From the human T2T-CHM13v2.0 reference genome, Homo sapiens, in NCBI RefSeq assembly GCF_009914755.1, contig NC_060931.1: a stretch of DNA of 64,000 nucleotides; one strand, written 5' to 3'. Both the position numbers and the translations under genes were made by a program. Of this stretch, positions 14,101 through 51,620 are shown piece by piece. Position 1 is the first letter of the stretch. Each line of letters begins with the position of its first letter. A model generated the notes under the pieces. That model ran no database searches. It was not told the DNA's origin and worked only from the letters and a program-made list of their open reading frames with translations.

Positions 14101-14784
14101 GCTCCCGACTGCTGGGGCCTCTGGCAGGTTCTGAAAATCCTGATACTGCAATGACCCTCAGGGACTCTCCTCCCTCTCTTTTTACAGATGCAGAAACGTG
14201 ATCCCAGAGAGGGAAGAGACTTACGTTCCACAAGTTAATGGCAGAGTTAAGACCAGAACCTGTGTCATGGAACTTTCAACTCAGCGCTCTTGCGGCCAGA
14301 GCTAAATTTAAGGAAGGAGCAGATAAAAGAGGCAGGAACCAGGCATGCTTCTGGTGCTCCCTGACCTACCGTGTCAGGCAATAGGCAGAACTGGTTCTGT
14401 TTTTCTAAACCTGGGCCTTTCGCTGTCACCTGAGCCATGGTTACCCTCTGCGATCGGCCACCCCACATGCCCCTCCTTCCGGGTGGCTCTCCTGCCTCCT
14501 CACCTTCCTACCCCAAGGGTTCCTGTGCCTTCCTGCCCAACTCTCTGCACTGCCTCCATGTGCACCCTGCACCTCCTTTAGGCCTTTTCAAACGCGTTCT
14601 CACCTGGCGGTCATTCTGTCATTTCATGGAGCTGGCAAGCCTGGGACCCCTTAGCAGCCGGCTGATGCCAAAGGGGAAGGTGATTCAGCTGGAACCGTGG
14701 GGCAGGCAGGGAGCCCCTGTCAGTCCGCCCATCCCGACTCCCCTGCAAGGGAGCCAGTTCAGAGGAAGGTCTGTTGGAGACAGC

Positions 14785-15059
14785 ACCAAACACAGACCTG
14801 GAGATTTTTAATGCACATACAGGGTTTGCACAGGCTAGAAGGGGGCCTCAGGAGAGCCCCAGTAGGAGTGTGTCTTCATCAGACATCACCCGGCTGCCGC
14901 TGTCGGTCCGCTTCTCTGCATTGGGAATTGCAGCATCCACACCTGCCTGCGGAGCTGGGCCTCCTGCTGCCAGGGCTACCTGGCCTGAGTTAGTGCAGAG
15001 GCGCGCCCTCTGCAGGCTGGGGCATCTGCTTTCAGGCCCTCTCAAAAGGCCGTGGACAT
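14785..15059 (-). other. ASB10: ASB10 terminal non-coding exon (3' UTR) with ATTAAA poly(A) signal at 14812-14807; 3' end approximate
   Basis: Donor GTGAG directly after the stop, acceptor TCTCCTTCCAG| ending at 15060, ATTAAA about 250 nt downstream. Confidence 0.75.
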
Positions 15060-15204
15060 CTGGAAGGAGAGGTTTGGATTCAGAGGCTTCTGGTGGTTCG
15101 GGGACGGGCCGGTTCTGGCTAGGGCCCTCCCCAACCCTTCTCTTGCCTTCCACACATCCCTGGACCCCAAGCAGCTGTGACTGCTCACAGATCCCGGGGC
15201 TCAC

Positions 15205-26222
<11,018 letters not shown>

Positions 26223-26543
26223 GTGGGCAGGGAAAGGGGAGTGGGGAGGAGGAGAGGTATATGCCAAAGGCAGAGAGAGAGAGAGAGAGCAGGAGGGAAA
26301 TACAGACAGACAGAAGGCCCCTGTGTCCCACGCTCCGAGGCTGACCTGGCCACGCATCCAGCAGGAGCTATTCTGGGCTCCACATGACTGTGTTCTTGGG
26401 CCAAGGTGTAGGCTATTGGGCAAGCTTTGAGGTCGGGGAGAAACAGCCGGGGGCTTCTCCTTTCACTCAAGCCCTTAGGACCTCTGTGGCCGAGGCAGTC
26501 AGCCCAGCCCCCTGGTTCTCAGCAACCCCCAGATGCCCCTCAC

Positions 26544-26814
26544 CCCTCTGGTGGCTGCTCCAGCGAGGCTCTGCGGCCCGGCTCTCCAGCAGCAGGTCGG
26601 CTGTGCTGTGCGGGGGGAACAGCTCCTGCAACCTTGCCAGGTCCCCGGTGTAGAGGGCATTCTGCAGGGCCATGTCTTGGCAGAGCAGTGGTGATGGCCG
26701 AGGGGGCTCCCAGGCTGGGCGGGAGTGGGGCCTCCAGATCCGGCAGGCCGGGGCGGAGGGAAGGCACCCCAGATGGTGTCCCCAGTGGGGAGAGGAGTTC
26801 TTTCCCCAGGGCAT
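26544..26814 (-). CDS. ASB10: ASB10 alternative upstream first coding exon (MPWGKNSS...WSSHQR-G); splicing to 25751 gives a 452-aa isoform
   Basis: GCC-ATG at 26814, 271 nt (phase 1, same as the other first exon), donor G|GTGAG with GT at 26543-26542; in frame with exon 2. Confidence 0.88.
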
Positions 26815-27782
26815 GGCTTGTTCTGGGAGAGCCAAAGCAGCACGACTCCCAGCGATGTTGCTGGTGGACTGGGCAGGTGGGTGCTGGGCCCGAGCTGGGT
26901 GGGGCCCAGCATGGGAGGCGCAGGGGAGCACAACATCAGGCAAAGCCATAAATAGCCCTGACTGGCCCAGCTGTCAGTCAGGCCGGGTGGGGGAATTAGG
27001 GAGGGGCAGGAGAACAAGTGAGGCCTGAGCCCGCCAACCCTGAGCTTCACCCCAGGGCTGTATGACCTCAGGGTGGAAAGGGACCACCCGGACCATGCTG
27101 CCCAGTCCGTCATCTCGGCATTAAAGGGAAGTGAATTTCCCAAGATCACGCAGAGAGCTTGTTGCAGAGCCAGGACTGGAACCCAGGGCCTTGAGCTCTT
27201 TCTTGTTCACCAAATCGGCCTCCAGCTGCCTGGGCTCTGATCCCACTGGGAAGGCCTGTGGGTGCCAGATAATATTTCCTGCCCTTCCAAATGTCATCTG
27301 TTAGCCCTGCACCTTCCCACTCCCAAACCAAGGGAGGAGTTCACAGTAGTGACACAGATTGCCCTCGCTGTGTGAGGCACCCCTCAGGGGGCTCCCTTAG
27401 ACAGACGTGTGCCTGAGTAACAGAGCGTAACCCACAGGCAAGCCACAGAAACTCCCCATGCTCGTCCTTGATGCCAACCCCCCCATCTCCCTGGATGACC
27501 TTGGGTGGCATCTCTCCCCTGCTGTGGTTACATGGGGTCTCTTCACTAGAGAGTGAGAAAGGAGAAATGTCTCTGTGTACTCAGGCACTGACTTTTGTTT
27601 GGGGGCCGGGTGGATCAAAAGGAAAAAAAGAGAGAAAGAAGATGAGAAACCAGGCCCTCGGGCTCAGCTCTGACCCACCACTGCCCACCATGGGCTTGAG
27701 GTGCTCCAGCCCCATTGGTCTTGCCCCTTTGGCTCACGCTGGCTTAAAAAAATTTTTTTAAATCAATTGCTTTTTAAAAAGT

Positions 27783-28962
27783 TTCATTTTTAATTGACAA
27801 ATAATTGTATATATTTATGGGGCTATAATATTTTGATACATGTATATAATGTGTAATCATATCAGGGTAATTATCACATCTATCAAATGATATTTACCAT
27901 TTATCTGTGGTGAGAACATTTAAAATCCTCTTTTAGCCATTTTGAAATGTACATCATTATTCACTACAGTCGCCTTGCTGTGCAATAGAACACCTGAACT
28001 TATCCTATTTACCTGTAACATCATACCCACTGACCAATGTCTTCCCTTTCCCTTTCCCTGTCCACCTCCCTCGAGCCCCCAGCCTCTGGGAATCACCATT
28101 CTACCCTTTACTTCTATGAGTTTGACTTTTTTAGATTCCACAATAAGCAAGATCATGCGGTATTTGTCTTTCTGCACCTGGCTTATTTCACTTAGCACAA
28201 TGTCCTCCAGATACACCACATTTAAAAATCCATTCATCTATTGATGGACACCAGTTGTTTCCATCTCTTGGCGATTGTGAGTAGTGCTGCAGTGGACGTG
28301 GGGGTGCAAACCCCTCTTCTGCATGCTGATTTCAATTCCTTTGGGTATATACCCAGTAGTGGGATTGCTGAATCATAAGGTAATTCTAGTTTTAGTTTTT
28401 TGAGGAACCTTCATTCTATTTTTCAAAATGGTACTAATTTACAACACCACCAACCATGCAGAGTCCCCTTTTCTCCGTATCCTTGCCAACACTTATCTTT
28501 CATTTTTCAATAATAGCCAGTCTAACAGGTGTGAGATAATATCTCATTATGGTTTTTGATTCACATTTCTCTGATTACTAATGTTGAACATATTTTCCAA
28601 TATATGTTGGCCATTTGTATGTCTTCTTTTGAGAAGTGTCTGTTCAAGTCCTTTGTTCATTTTTTAATGGGGTATTTTGTTGTTGTTGTTGTTATTTAGT
28701 AGTTTGAGTTCCTTGTGTAGTTTGGATATTCACCCCTTATCCGATGTTTGATTTGCAAATATTTTTTTCCCAGTCTGTAGATTGTTTCTCCACTCTGTCA
28801 TTTCCTCTGCTGTGCAGAAACCTTTTAGTCTGGTACAATCCCATTCATCTACTTTTGCTTTCATTGCCTGTGCTTTTGAGGTCATATCCAAGAAATCTCT
28901 GCCCAGACCAATATCATGGAGCTTTCCCTTATGTTTTCTTCTAGGGGTTTTATAGTTTCAGG
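27783..28962 (-). mobile_element. L1MA-type LINE-1 3' fragment between ASB10 and IQCA1L
   Basis: T-rich antisense L1 motifs (GGGTATATACCCAGTAGTGGGATTGCTG, TGTCTTCTTTTGAGAAGTGTCTGTTCA); ORF 27920-28237 reads as an L1 3'-end remnant. Confidence 0.9.
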
Positions 28963-30071
28963 TCTCCTGTTGTCTCTTACTACCTGTGGACACACCTTGG
29001 CCTTCATCCACACACTGTGTACATGGTCCATGGGTCTGCCTCTTTCAAGAGAACACTCTGGGGCTCACCAGCCCTTGGTGGTATGGTTGCCCCTGCTCCC
29101 TAAGTTCTCTGACCCCGTTCTCCCCTGAGCTGTTCCCTCCCCAGCAAGGGGAAACCCACAGATGGACTCCCACCCCAGGGGCAGGAGGCTCTATCCCATT
29201 GAGCCCTGAGGGTTAGGCTGTGGTCAGAGGATGCAGTGCACAGCTGGGGCAGGCAGAGTGCCAGGGGACAGGTCTTTAGAGGAAAGAGATGAAGGCCACT
29301 CTGAGAAACTGGGTCGATCCAATGCTGCTCTCCCATGTCCATTGCAGCATTGGGTCTACTAGCAGCCCTTACCCTAGTCACAAAGCCCTACCGCTTCCCC
29401 ACACCTCTGCTGAGCCCTGCTTCCCATCCTGCCCCCGCCACTCCCCAAGCACCTCTCTGCCCTGACTTCCCAGACACTTTTGCTACAATAGTCAAACCCT
29501 AGAGTAAAAGGGACCTTAGAAATTCCTGGTCCAATCTCTCTCTGCTTTATAAGTAAGAAAACTGAGGCCCAGAGACAGGAAAGCACTCTCCAGGTCACAC
29601 AGGGAGTTAGTGCCAAGTGCATTTAGAACCAGGGACAGTTAACTTCCAGACCTGTGCTTTTTCTATCTGACTGCAGACCTTCCTTCTCCCTACTCTTCTC
29701 TTTCCCTCTCTCCTCTTCCTATTTTTTCTCCCTTAAATACCTCAAGGAGGAAGAGATTCAGGGAGCCAGGATAGGACAATGACAAGGAGATGAAGACCTG
29801 GAAGTGGGGGCTGAGGACAGGGATCTAGGAGGCAGAGCAAGGAGGTGGCAGTGAGCTGGCAAGGGCCAGGGCCCAGGAGAGAGGTGTGGGCTAGACAGCG
29901 CCAGGCACAGGTGGGGGCACAGAGGGAAGGGTGGGAAGACACGGACATGGATGGACAAGAAGAGTTTGTTCCCAAGTCATCTGGGCATTTATGCCTCTGC
30001 CCCATCCCTTTACCCTTGGGCCACTGCCCTGTCCCACGCCACTAATCTCAGGTGCCCGCAAGCCTTAGCCA

Positions 30072-44548
<14,477 letters not shown>

Positions 44549-45527
44549 TGTGTCCACTCCTCCACGCTGCCCCTTGTTTGCTGGTGGTGGAATTCACAGA
44601 ACCTCTGTGGCTCCCTGACTTCCAGGGCCACAGGGCAGAACAGCCTGTTTTTAAGAGTTCTGACCCATTGTACCAGTGTTCTAGGGCTGAGGCGAGGGGG
44701 CTGGTGGGTGCAGAATCGGGGACATTTATCTCGGAGGACGTCCTGGGAGCAGCGCGCTGAAGGGACTGTGGGTGGGTGGCTGCAGGCTCCCGCAGAGCAA
44801 GCTTTGGAAGCTTAGGGCAGAACATGTTGTCCAACTTTGGCCATTTTTCTTGTAAGGAACAAGTAAAATAAGTTTCTATTTGAAGTCCCCTGAAAGCTTT
44901 GGCGCTCTGGATACATCTGTCCTAAAGACATTACCCCCTAACAAGGCATCACCGCAGCTTCTCACTCTCAGCGGCCTCTGTTCCTTCTCTCAGCCCCCGC
45001 CTCCTGAGCCCCACAGCCCTCCTTCACTCTCTGGATGACAGCACGGGGAAGCCCATGTGGTGGAGGGGAAAGGCACTGATTTGGAGTCAGAAGGCCCTGA
45101 AGTCCCAGTTGCCCCCTTGGGTGAAAGTGAGCATAACCATGCTTTCCTCCCTGGGGCCTGCCAAGAGTTCACACCATTCCCATGAGCCAGACCCGTGTGA
45201 AGCATCATGCTAGAAAGTATAGTGGATGCTGTTCTGCATGCTTGGGGCTTACTTGGTCACCTGTGGGTACCACCTCCCGTCACTGCTACAAGTTCAGGAG
45301 ATAATTTTTCCAAAAAGACAAAATATTATACCACTAGCAGCCTGAGGCTGGTCAGCTGGGGTGAGCTTTTTGGCTCAGTGTCACGTCGAGGCTTATGAAT
45401 AAGTAAATCTAAGAGGAACAGGGCCAGGGAAACGGACAGAAGGGAGATAGCGGCAAGGAGGAGCAAAGAGGAGGAACTCGAAGGTGCCTATGAGCTACCT
45501 GAGGGTCTCATTAAAATGCAGATTCCA

Positions 45528-45811
45528 GGCTGGGCGCAGTGGCTCATGCCTGTAATCGCAGCACTTTGGGAGGCCAGGGCAGGCGGATCTCCTGAGGTTG
45601 GGAGTTCAAGACCAGCCTGGCCAACATGGTGAAACCCCATCTCTACTAAAAATATAAAAATTAGCCAGGCCTGGTGGCACATGCCTGTAATCCCAGCTAC
45701 TCGGGAGGCTGAGGCAGGACAACCGCTTGAACCTAGGATGGGGAGAGGTTGCAGTGAGCAGAGATGGCACCACTGCACTCCAGCCTGGACAACAAAGCGA
45801 AACTCTGTCTC

Positions 45812-45870
<59 letters not shown>
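45528..45870 (+). mobile_element. Alu inserted in a MER5-like element, with the tail converted to (GATA)14 (45815-45870)
   Basis: Alu dimer then 56 nt of perfect GATA; CAGATTC on both sides. Confidence 0.92.
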
Positions 45871-45871
<1 letters not shown>

Positions 45872-46966
45872 ACAGATTCTGCTCCAGATCTGAGGGGGGA
45901 CCCAAGAGCCTGCCTTTCTAACAAGCTCCCAGGTGCTTTGGCTCCTGCTGGCCTGGGTCATGCCTGGTAGGGCAAGGTGTGAACACAGGGCAGAGTGGGC
46001 AGGAGTGAGACTTTGGGGCCAGATCTCCTGGGCCTGCCTCTTGCTAACTGTGAATGTAAACGTGGATCATTAGTCCTCAGCTCACAGAACCTCAAGGTGA
46101 GGCTCGAGGTATGAGAAAATACACGTGACCTAGGTAGCTGCCGCTGAACGTCAGCTATTACTACAAGGCGATGCCTTTTCAATATGTGGAGATGAAGGAG
46201 ACCACAAGCCAGGTCTGTCCAATTACAAACGGCACAAAGGATTGGAGGTTTGTCTAAATCCCACCCCTTCATCTTGTCCAAGCTTGGAAGAGGATTTATG
46301 GGTCATGTGCCCACAAGATAAGCAGAGGCTGCATGAGACAGGAAAAGCAAGTGGTTAAGTGGTGAGCAGTAAATCTAGGTAAGGACATAGGCGTGGCCGT
46401 GGTGCTTCTTGCAGTTTTTCTGTGGGTTTCAAATTTTTCCAAATAAAATTGGTGATGTTAGGAGTTTCAAAAACATCCCCACTGATTTGTTCCGAAATAA
46501 AGGGGAAACTGAAAAATCATACTGATCTCAGCAGGTTATTTAGAAGCCGATCTGGGCCTTCAGTTTTTATATCTTGAATAGATCTGTGTGGCCCCTTCAC
46601 ACAACAGTGCCTGTCGTACAGGATGCAATGACAGTTGGTGGGAAATGACATCGCGAAGACACAGCCTGAAAGAGGACCATACAGGAGGAATTTCAGGCCC
46701 CAAGAGGGAATCAGCTGGCGGTAAATCCAGATGCTAGTCCAGTCCCAGGTCCTATTTCAGCTCACTACCAAATAGAACATTCGCATGTTTACAAAGCTAT
46801 CACACGTTGCTCACGGGATACACCTAGAAAGCAGTTTCTAAGACATCTGAAGAAGTGCTGCTCCACCTGTGGTAGCCTCGAAGTGAGGACACCCTGGCTC
46901 CAGACCACACCCTGGCCTCACACACCCTTCTTTCAAATCACCACAGGGCACAGAAACAGTTCACCC

Positions 46967-46972
46967 TTTATT
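46967..46972 (-). terminator. AATAAA poly(A) signal of H2BK1 (also the end used by an ABCF2 read-through transcript)
   Basis: AATAAA 16 nt after the TGA, followed by GU-rich CTGTTTCTGTGCCCTGTGGTG; no histone stem-loop seen. Confidence 0.85.
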
Positions 46973-46988
46973 TTTGTCAGGCCCTGGG

Positions 46989-49436
46989 TCACTTGGAGCT
47001 GGTGTACTTGGTGACAGCCTTGGTGCCCTCAGACACAGCGTGCTTGGCCAGCTCCCCAGGCAGCAGCAGACGCACAGCCGTCTGGACTTCTCGGGATGTC
47101 AGGGTGGTCCGGCCCGAGTACTGGGCCAGCCGGGCAGCCTCACACGCCAGCTGCTCAAACACGTCGTTTACAAACGAGTTCATGATGCTCATGGCCTTGG
47201 CAGAGATGCCAATGTCAGGGTGCACCTGGAGAGAGGGCAGCACCACTCGGTTAATGGAAGGGGCCAGGGGAGGGGGGGTCCTGCCTACACTGCAAGCCTC
47301 AGCCCTGAGCTGGGGGCTCTAGGAAGCCAGAGGCAGAAGGCAAGGAGGCTCCTCACCAGCCCCTTCCCAGAGGCCAACAGTCATGGAAATAGGGATTTGT
47401 GTTTTCTTTGTACTGCTATGGTATATCTAAGTTTTTTAAAAGAAGTTTTCAACTGCAGGAGGTAACATGATTAAGTTCCTTGTATGAGCACACACAAGCA
47501 TCTGTATTTAACAAATGGGACCAGTTACACATGCATCTTGCTGGTTTCACTGATGCATTTGCATAGTGTTCCACGGTATGGATGTATCATACTTCCTAAC
47601 ACCATTCCTCTCTTCACGAATATTCAGGATTTGGGTTTGGGGTGTTTTTTGTTGTTTTTGCTATTAGATGGTGCTATGGTAAATGCCCATCTTTGAATCT
47701 TGTGCGAGCATAGGGAAGGTTATTTCCAGAGGCGGGACTGTAGTGTCAAAACGTTTGTGCATATAACTTGGTGGAGCACATAACCAGTGAGCCTGTCCAT
47801 GTGACACAGTCGCAGCCCCGGACCAGGGGAGGAGTCCTGTTCTGCAGCTGTACTGTGAATCCCTACGACCTCAAATACGGCCCTTTCCTCTGGGCCTCAG
47901 TTTCCTCTTCTGTCACACAAGCTTTTGAACTAAGTGATCTCTACTAAAGCAAATGGGAACTGATGGCAGTTCTAAAATGTGAGTAGGTAGACCTGGTCAG
48001 ATGTGAAGTGGGAGAGAAGTGACTGTCCCACAACCTACATGGAGTCAGAGATGAAAACAGCACTAGAACCAGGAGGCTCTGTCCCACCCGCCCTCCCTGC
48101 CACCTCTGGTCTCCACTGCCAGCAGCAAATCTGCACCTGGCACAAGGCTAGTTCTGCCCAAACCCCCTCTGCTGTCAGCACACCCCGTTCTCCTTAGAGC
48201 TCTCACCCAGATCAGGAGGTTGAGGGGTTGGCCCTCAGCAGCACTCTCCTCTGTGAGTACAGGCCTTGTCCCACCCATCAGTTGCAATTTTTGCCCCTCA
48301 AAGTCGGGCTAAGACACAAGGCTCAGCGATACCCACTCCTACCCCACCTTCTTCAGGGCACCAGAGTCTGTCCTCTGGTGCATCTCTTCAGCCAACCCAT
48401 ATCAGTGCTGGACCCACCCACCCCCAACCCCACAAGAGCATTCCCAGGCACCCAGGTTGTCAATTCACTAAACCGCTAATGGGACTTGGACTGGAGACAG
48501 GCATTACCTCTGGGGCCTGCTCTAACAGAGGGGTAAGAGTTTCAAGCAGGTTGGAGACCCAGGGCGGGCAACACATGGCTACCCCCGCCTCCTCCTGGCC
48601 TTGGCCCTGCTGAGCAGCAGCTTTGGATCCTCCAGACAAATTGATTGTCAGTGTTCCAAGTCCTGGGAGTAGCTGCTTTTCGTGCATGAATATAGGGCAC
48701 CTGCAGCCCCAGTGTGTTGGGGAGACGGACACACAGGAAGGATGCTAGGGGCTTGCCCAGAGCCAGGGGAACTGGGACACTGCCACTGTCAGGCCATGTG
48801 ATGCAGGAACCCCATGGAGCCTTTAGGGGCCTCAAGCTGTTTGTCTATAAGGTGGACAAACCCTAAGCCCCTCAAAGAACTGAGTGCCACTTGTCCAGAA
48901 GACCTTCCCCAAGACTCCAGTTCACCCCGATCACTCCTCTTCTCGGTCACCAACACACTTTGTATCATAATGTGTTTGGCACCTGATCACCTTCAGCCTG
49001 GCATAGAAAGTGTGGTCCTCTTGTCCTTTAATTATGTCCCACCTAATCACGTTATCTCATCATCGTTCCCGTAAACTTCTGGAGGGTGGCAGGGAGCACG
49101 CTTTGTCTCCTATCACCGGTGCCCAAGATCCTGAGAGAGGTGGAGACCTCAAAAACCAGGTCCCGCCACCTCAAGAGGGGCCAGGCCTGCCTGAGCCACT
49201 TGCCCCAGTGCCAACACTAACCTCAGGGTCCCCACTTCCAGCCAGTGCCCTTTCAAGGCGCTTTGTGAGGGCATCCCTCACACACATCCTTGCTATGCAC
49301 TCACCTGCTTCAGCACCTTGTAGATATACATGGAGTAGGACTCCTTGCGCCGACAGCGCTTTTTGGACTTTTTGTTCCCAGAACTGCGACCCCCACGGCC
49401 CCCGGGCTGCTGCCGCTGTCCATACTCAGCGCTCAT
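46989..49436 (-). CDS. H2BK1: Histone H2B variant H2B.K (H2BE1), 122 aa, two coding exons 49436-49305 and 47225-46989
   Basis: Exon 1 [10 protein letters not shown]...[16 protein letters not shown] ends at AAGCAG|GTGAGT; exon 2 [21 protein letters not shown]...TKYTSSK* follows TCCAG|. Clear H2B histone fold; the phase-0 intron is 2079 nt. Confidence 0.95.
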
Positions 49437-51620
49437 CCTCCTGCTTCTCGAATAGCCCTCACCCACCCCCTTGGAGCTACTTTTTATCAAGTCAGCTGCC
49501 CCACCAGGTGTGGCTGGGGACATGCACCTGGGAGGGGGGGGGCAGGTGGGAGGTAAGGGGCGTGACTCAATCCCAATCCTGAACATGCTCTGGGCTAACC
49601 TTGAAAAGAGACTAATTGTTCCTTCCTCTCCCACAAGTAATCCCTCTGAATTAAGAAACCCTTCACCGGGTCCCCTCCCCCACCCAACCATCTCCCAGTG
49701 TATTTACGCACTTGTTAAAAGTTCAGGCAACTCCAGCCCACCAGCCTGTAATCACGGAGCACACAGGTGCCAGCACAGCTCAGAGTGCTGCAGACTCCAG
49801 AAGGAATGCAAGCTCCCTCCCCCACTGCGCCCCAGTGGAGGTGAAGAGACAAGACTGGTTCACATCAAACCACCAGAGAAGGGTGAAGGGGCTAAAAGTG
49901 GTGGTACCCATGGTGAGGAGGGCTCGAGTAGCTAGAGGCCGCTTCTTGGTACAAATGGGTATATGAAGGGTATCCTTCATATACCCATTGTAGGATGTAT
50001 CCTTGTAGGATGTATCCTTTAATTGGGAAGAATGAGAGAAAGAAACGGTGTGAAAGGTAGAGTGGAATCAGTGTGAGCGGAGTATAATGAGGCTTGGACT
50101 GAAGGCAGATGAGCAAAACGCCTGAGCCTGGACTAGATGCAGATAGCAGAAGCTCCCCAGGTGGTGAAGAGGCTGACAGGGAGGAAGACCACTGGAGGAG
50201 GTGAGAAGCAGAAAAGCAATAGGTGCTCACCAGAAAAGCAGACGTGGCGGTCTTGGGAGTTAGCAGTAAAGGGAAGAAAAGCCCATTGCAAAACGGAGAA
50301 AGTCAATTGTCTCACTTAGCACCTATGGGGGAACAAATACTTCAGGCCCTTGAATGCTGTGATTAAAGAAACCTGGAGCAATATGAAAGGTATAGGGGCT
50401 TGGGGGAAAAGAGGATGTTACAAATTGAGAGGTGGGAGAAGGGTTCCAAAGACCAGCATCACCTGCTGGCTGTGTTAAAGCTAGCAACCCCTCAATCAAC
50501 TTACCTCTCCACCCAGCTCTGAACGGCTGGCCACACCCTACGGGCTAAGGTTTAAGAGAATTAACAGGCCACTTCTCAATCCAAAACAAGGCACTGCTAA
50601 TTTTAGAAATATGTATTTTGTGGACTTTTAAAGCATTATTTAAATTACCAAGGTTGACATTTTTCTTGACAAATAAGCTGACTAGACTATTTCCATTCCT
50701 CCAGGTTCTGAAGATCTCCTGTCCTAGCATGGAGACTCTGGAGATCCCGAGACTACCTGAATTCTTAGCAATATCCAGCACTTCATTAAGTATCAAGGGC
50801 TCTGTCCCTCACTGTCCCCATTATCCCAGCAGCCCACTCTCCAGATGCCATTCTCCCCTGAACCAAGGCTCTGGACTCTCAGGACAGACTAACCTGGGCC
50901 ATTTTGCTCCAGGACCCACTTAAGGCATAAAGCAGTCAAGCCAGTACCCTCTGGGGTCAGAGGACTCCCATCTGTCTCAGCTGCAGTGTCTCACGGGAGG
51001 CTCCTGTCCCTGTTGCCCAGGGCAGCTCCTGGACTTTGTGGCCATCTGAGAAGATCCTACTCATTTTTCAAGTGAGGGCACACCAATTCCACCTTTCTGG
51101 GCAGCTACTCACAAGAAATTTCCCTCCTTTTTGAATACTTCTGTCTCCTATCTAAATCACAATTTAGCATCTAATTTGTGTCCTGTATGGTTCTGTCTTA
51201 CTGGCTTTCCAAGAAGATCATGAGCTCCTAAGGGGTTTAAGCACCATCTGGGACAGTTGCTCCCGCCAGTCCTGGCTGTATTATGAGTACTGAAAAATCA
51301 TGGCTGTGTCTTCCCATAGGGATGGCTGATTTCAGAGGCAGAGTGATGAATCCACACCAGGAAGGATGGCCACTGGTGAAATGCTATTGAAGTTCAAAAG
51401 ACCCAGATAAGGTATGCAGAGCCCTGGGCTGGAAGTGAATTCAACAGTGATGATAACTATGGCTGTGGACAGGTAAAAATACAAAATTTCCTGTATCCCA
51501 ATAGGAAGAGAGGTTCACAGACGTTGGTGTGAAAATGCAAACTCCTGGCCATCTCTGCACCTCTCTCATTCTACCAAATGCGATTAATCAATAGGTCTGA
51601 TGCTCAGCAATCTGAATTTT

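Noticed and set aside
46989-47246. H2B fragment as a truncated or processed pseudogene
   Set aside because: The missing N-terminal exon is present at 49436-49305 with canonical splice sites, and the joined ORF is intact.
49309-49329. REST/RE1-like TTCAGCACC in H2BK1 exon 1
   Set aside because: Left half-site only, and dictated by the KVLK codons.
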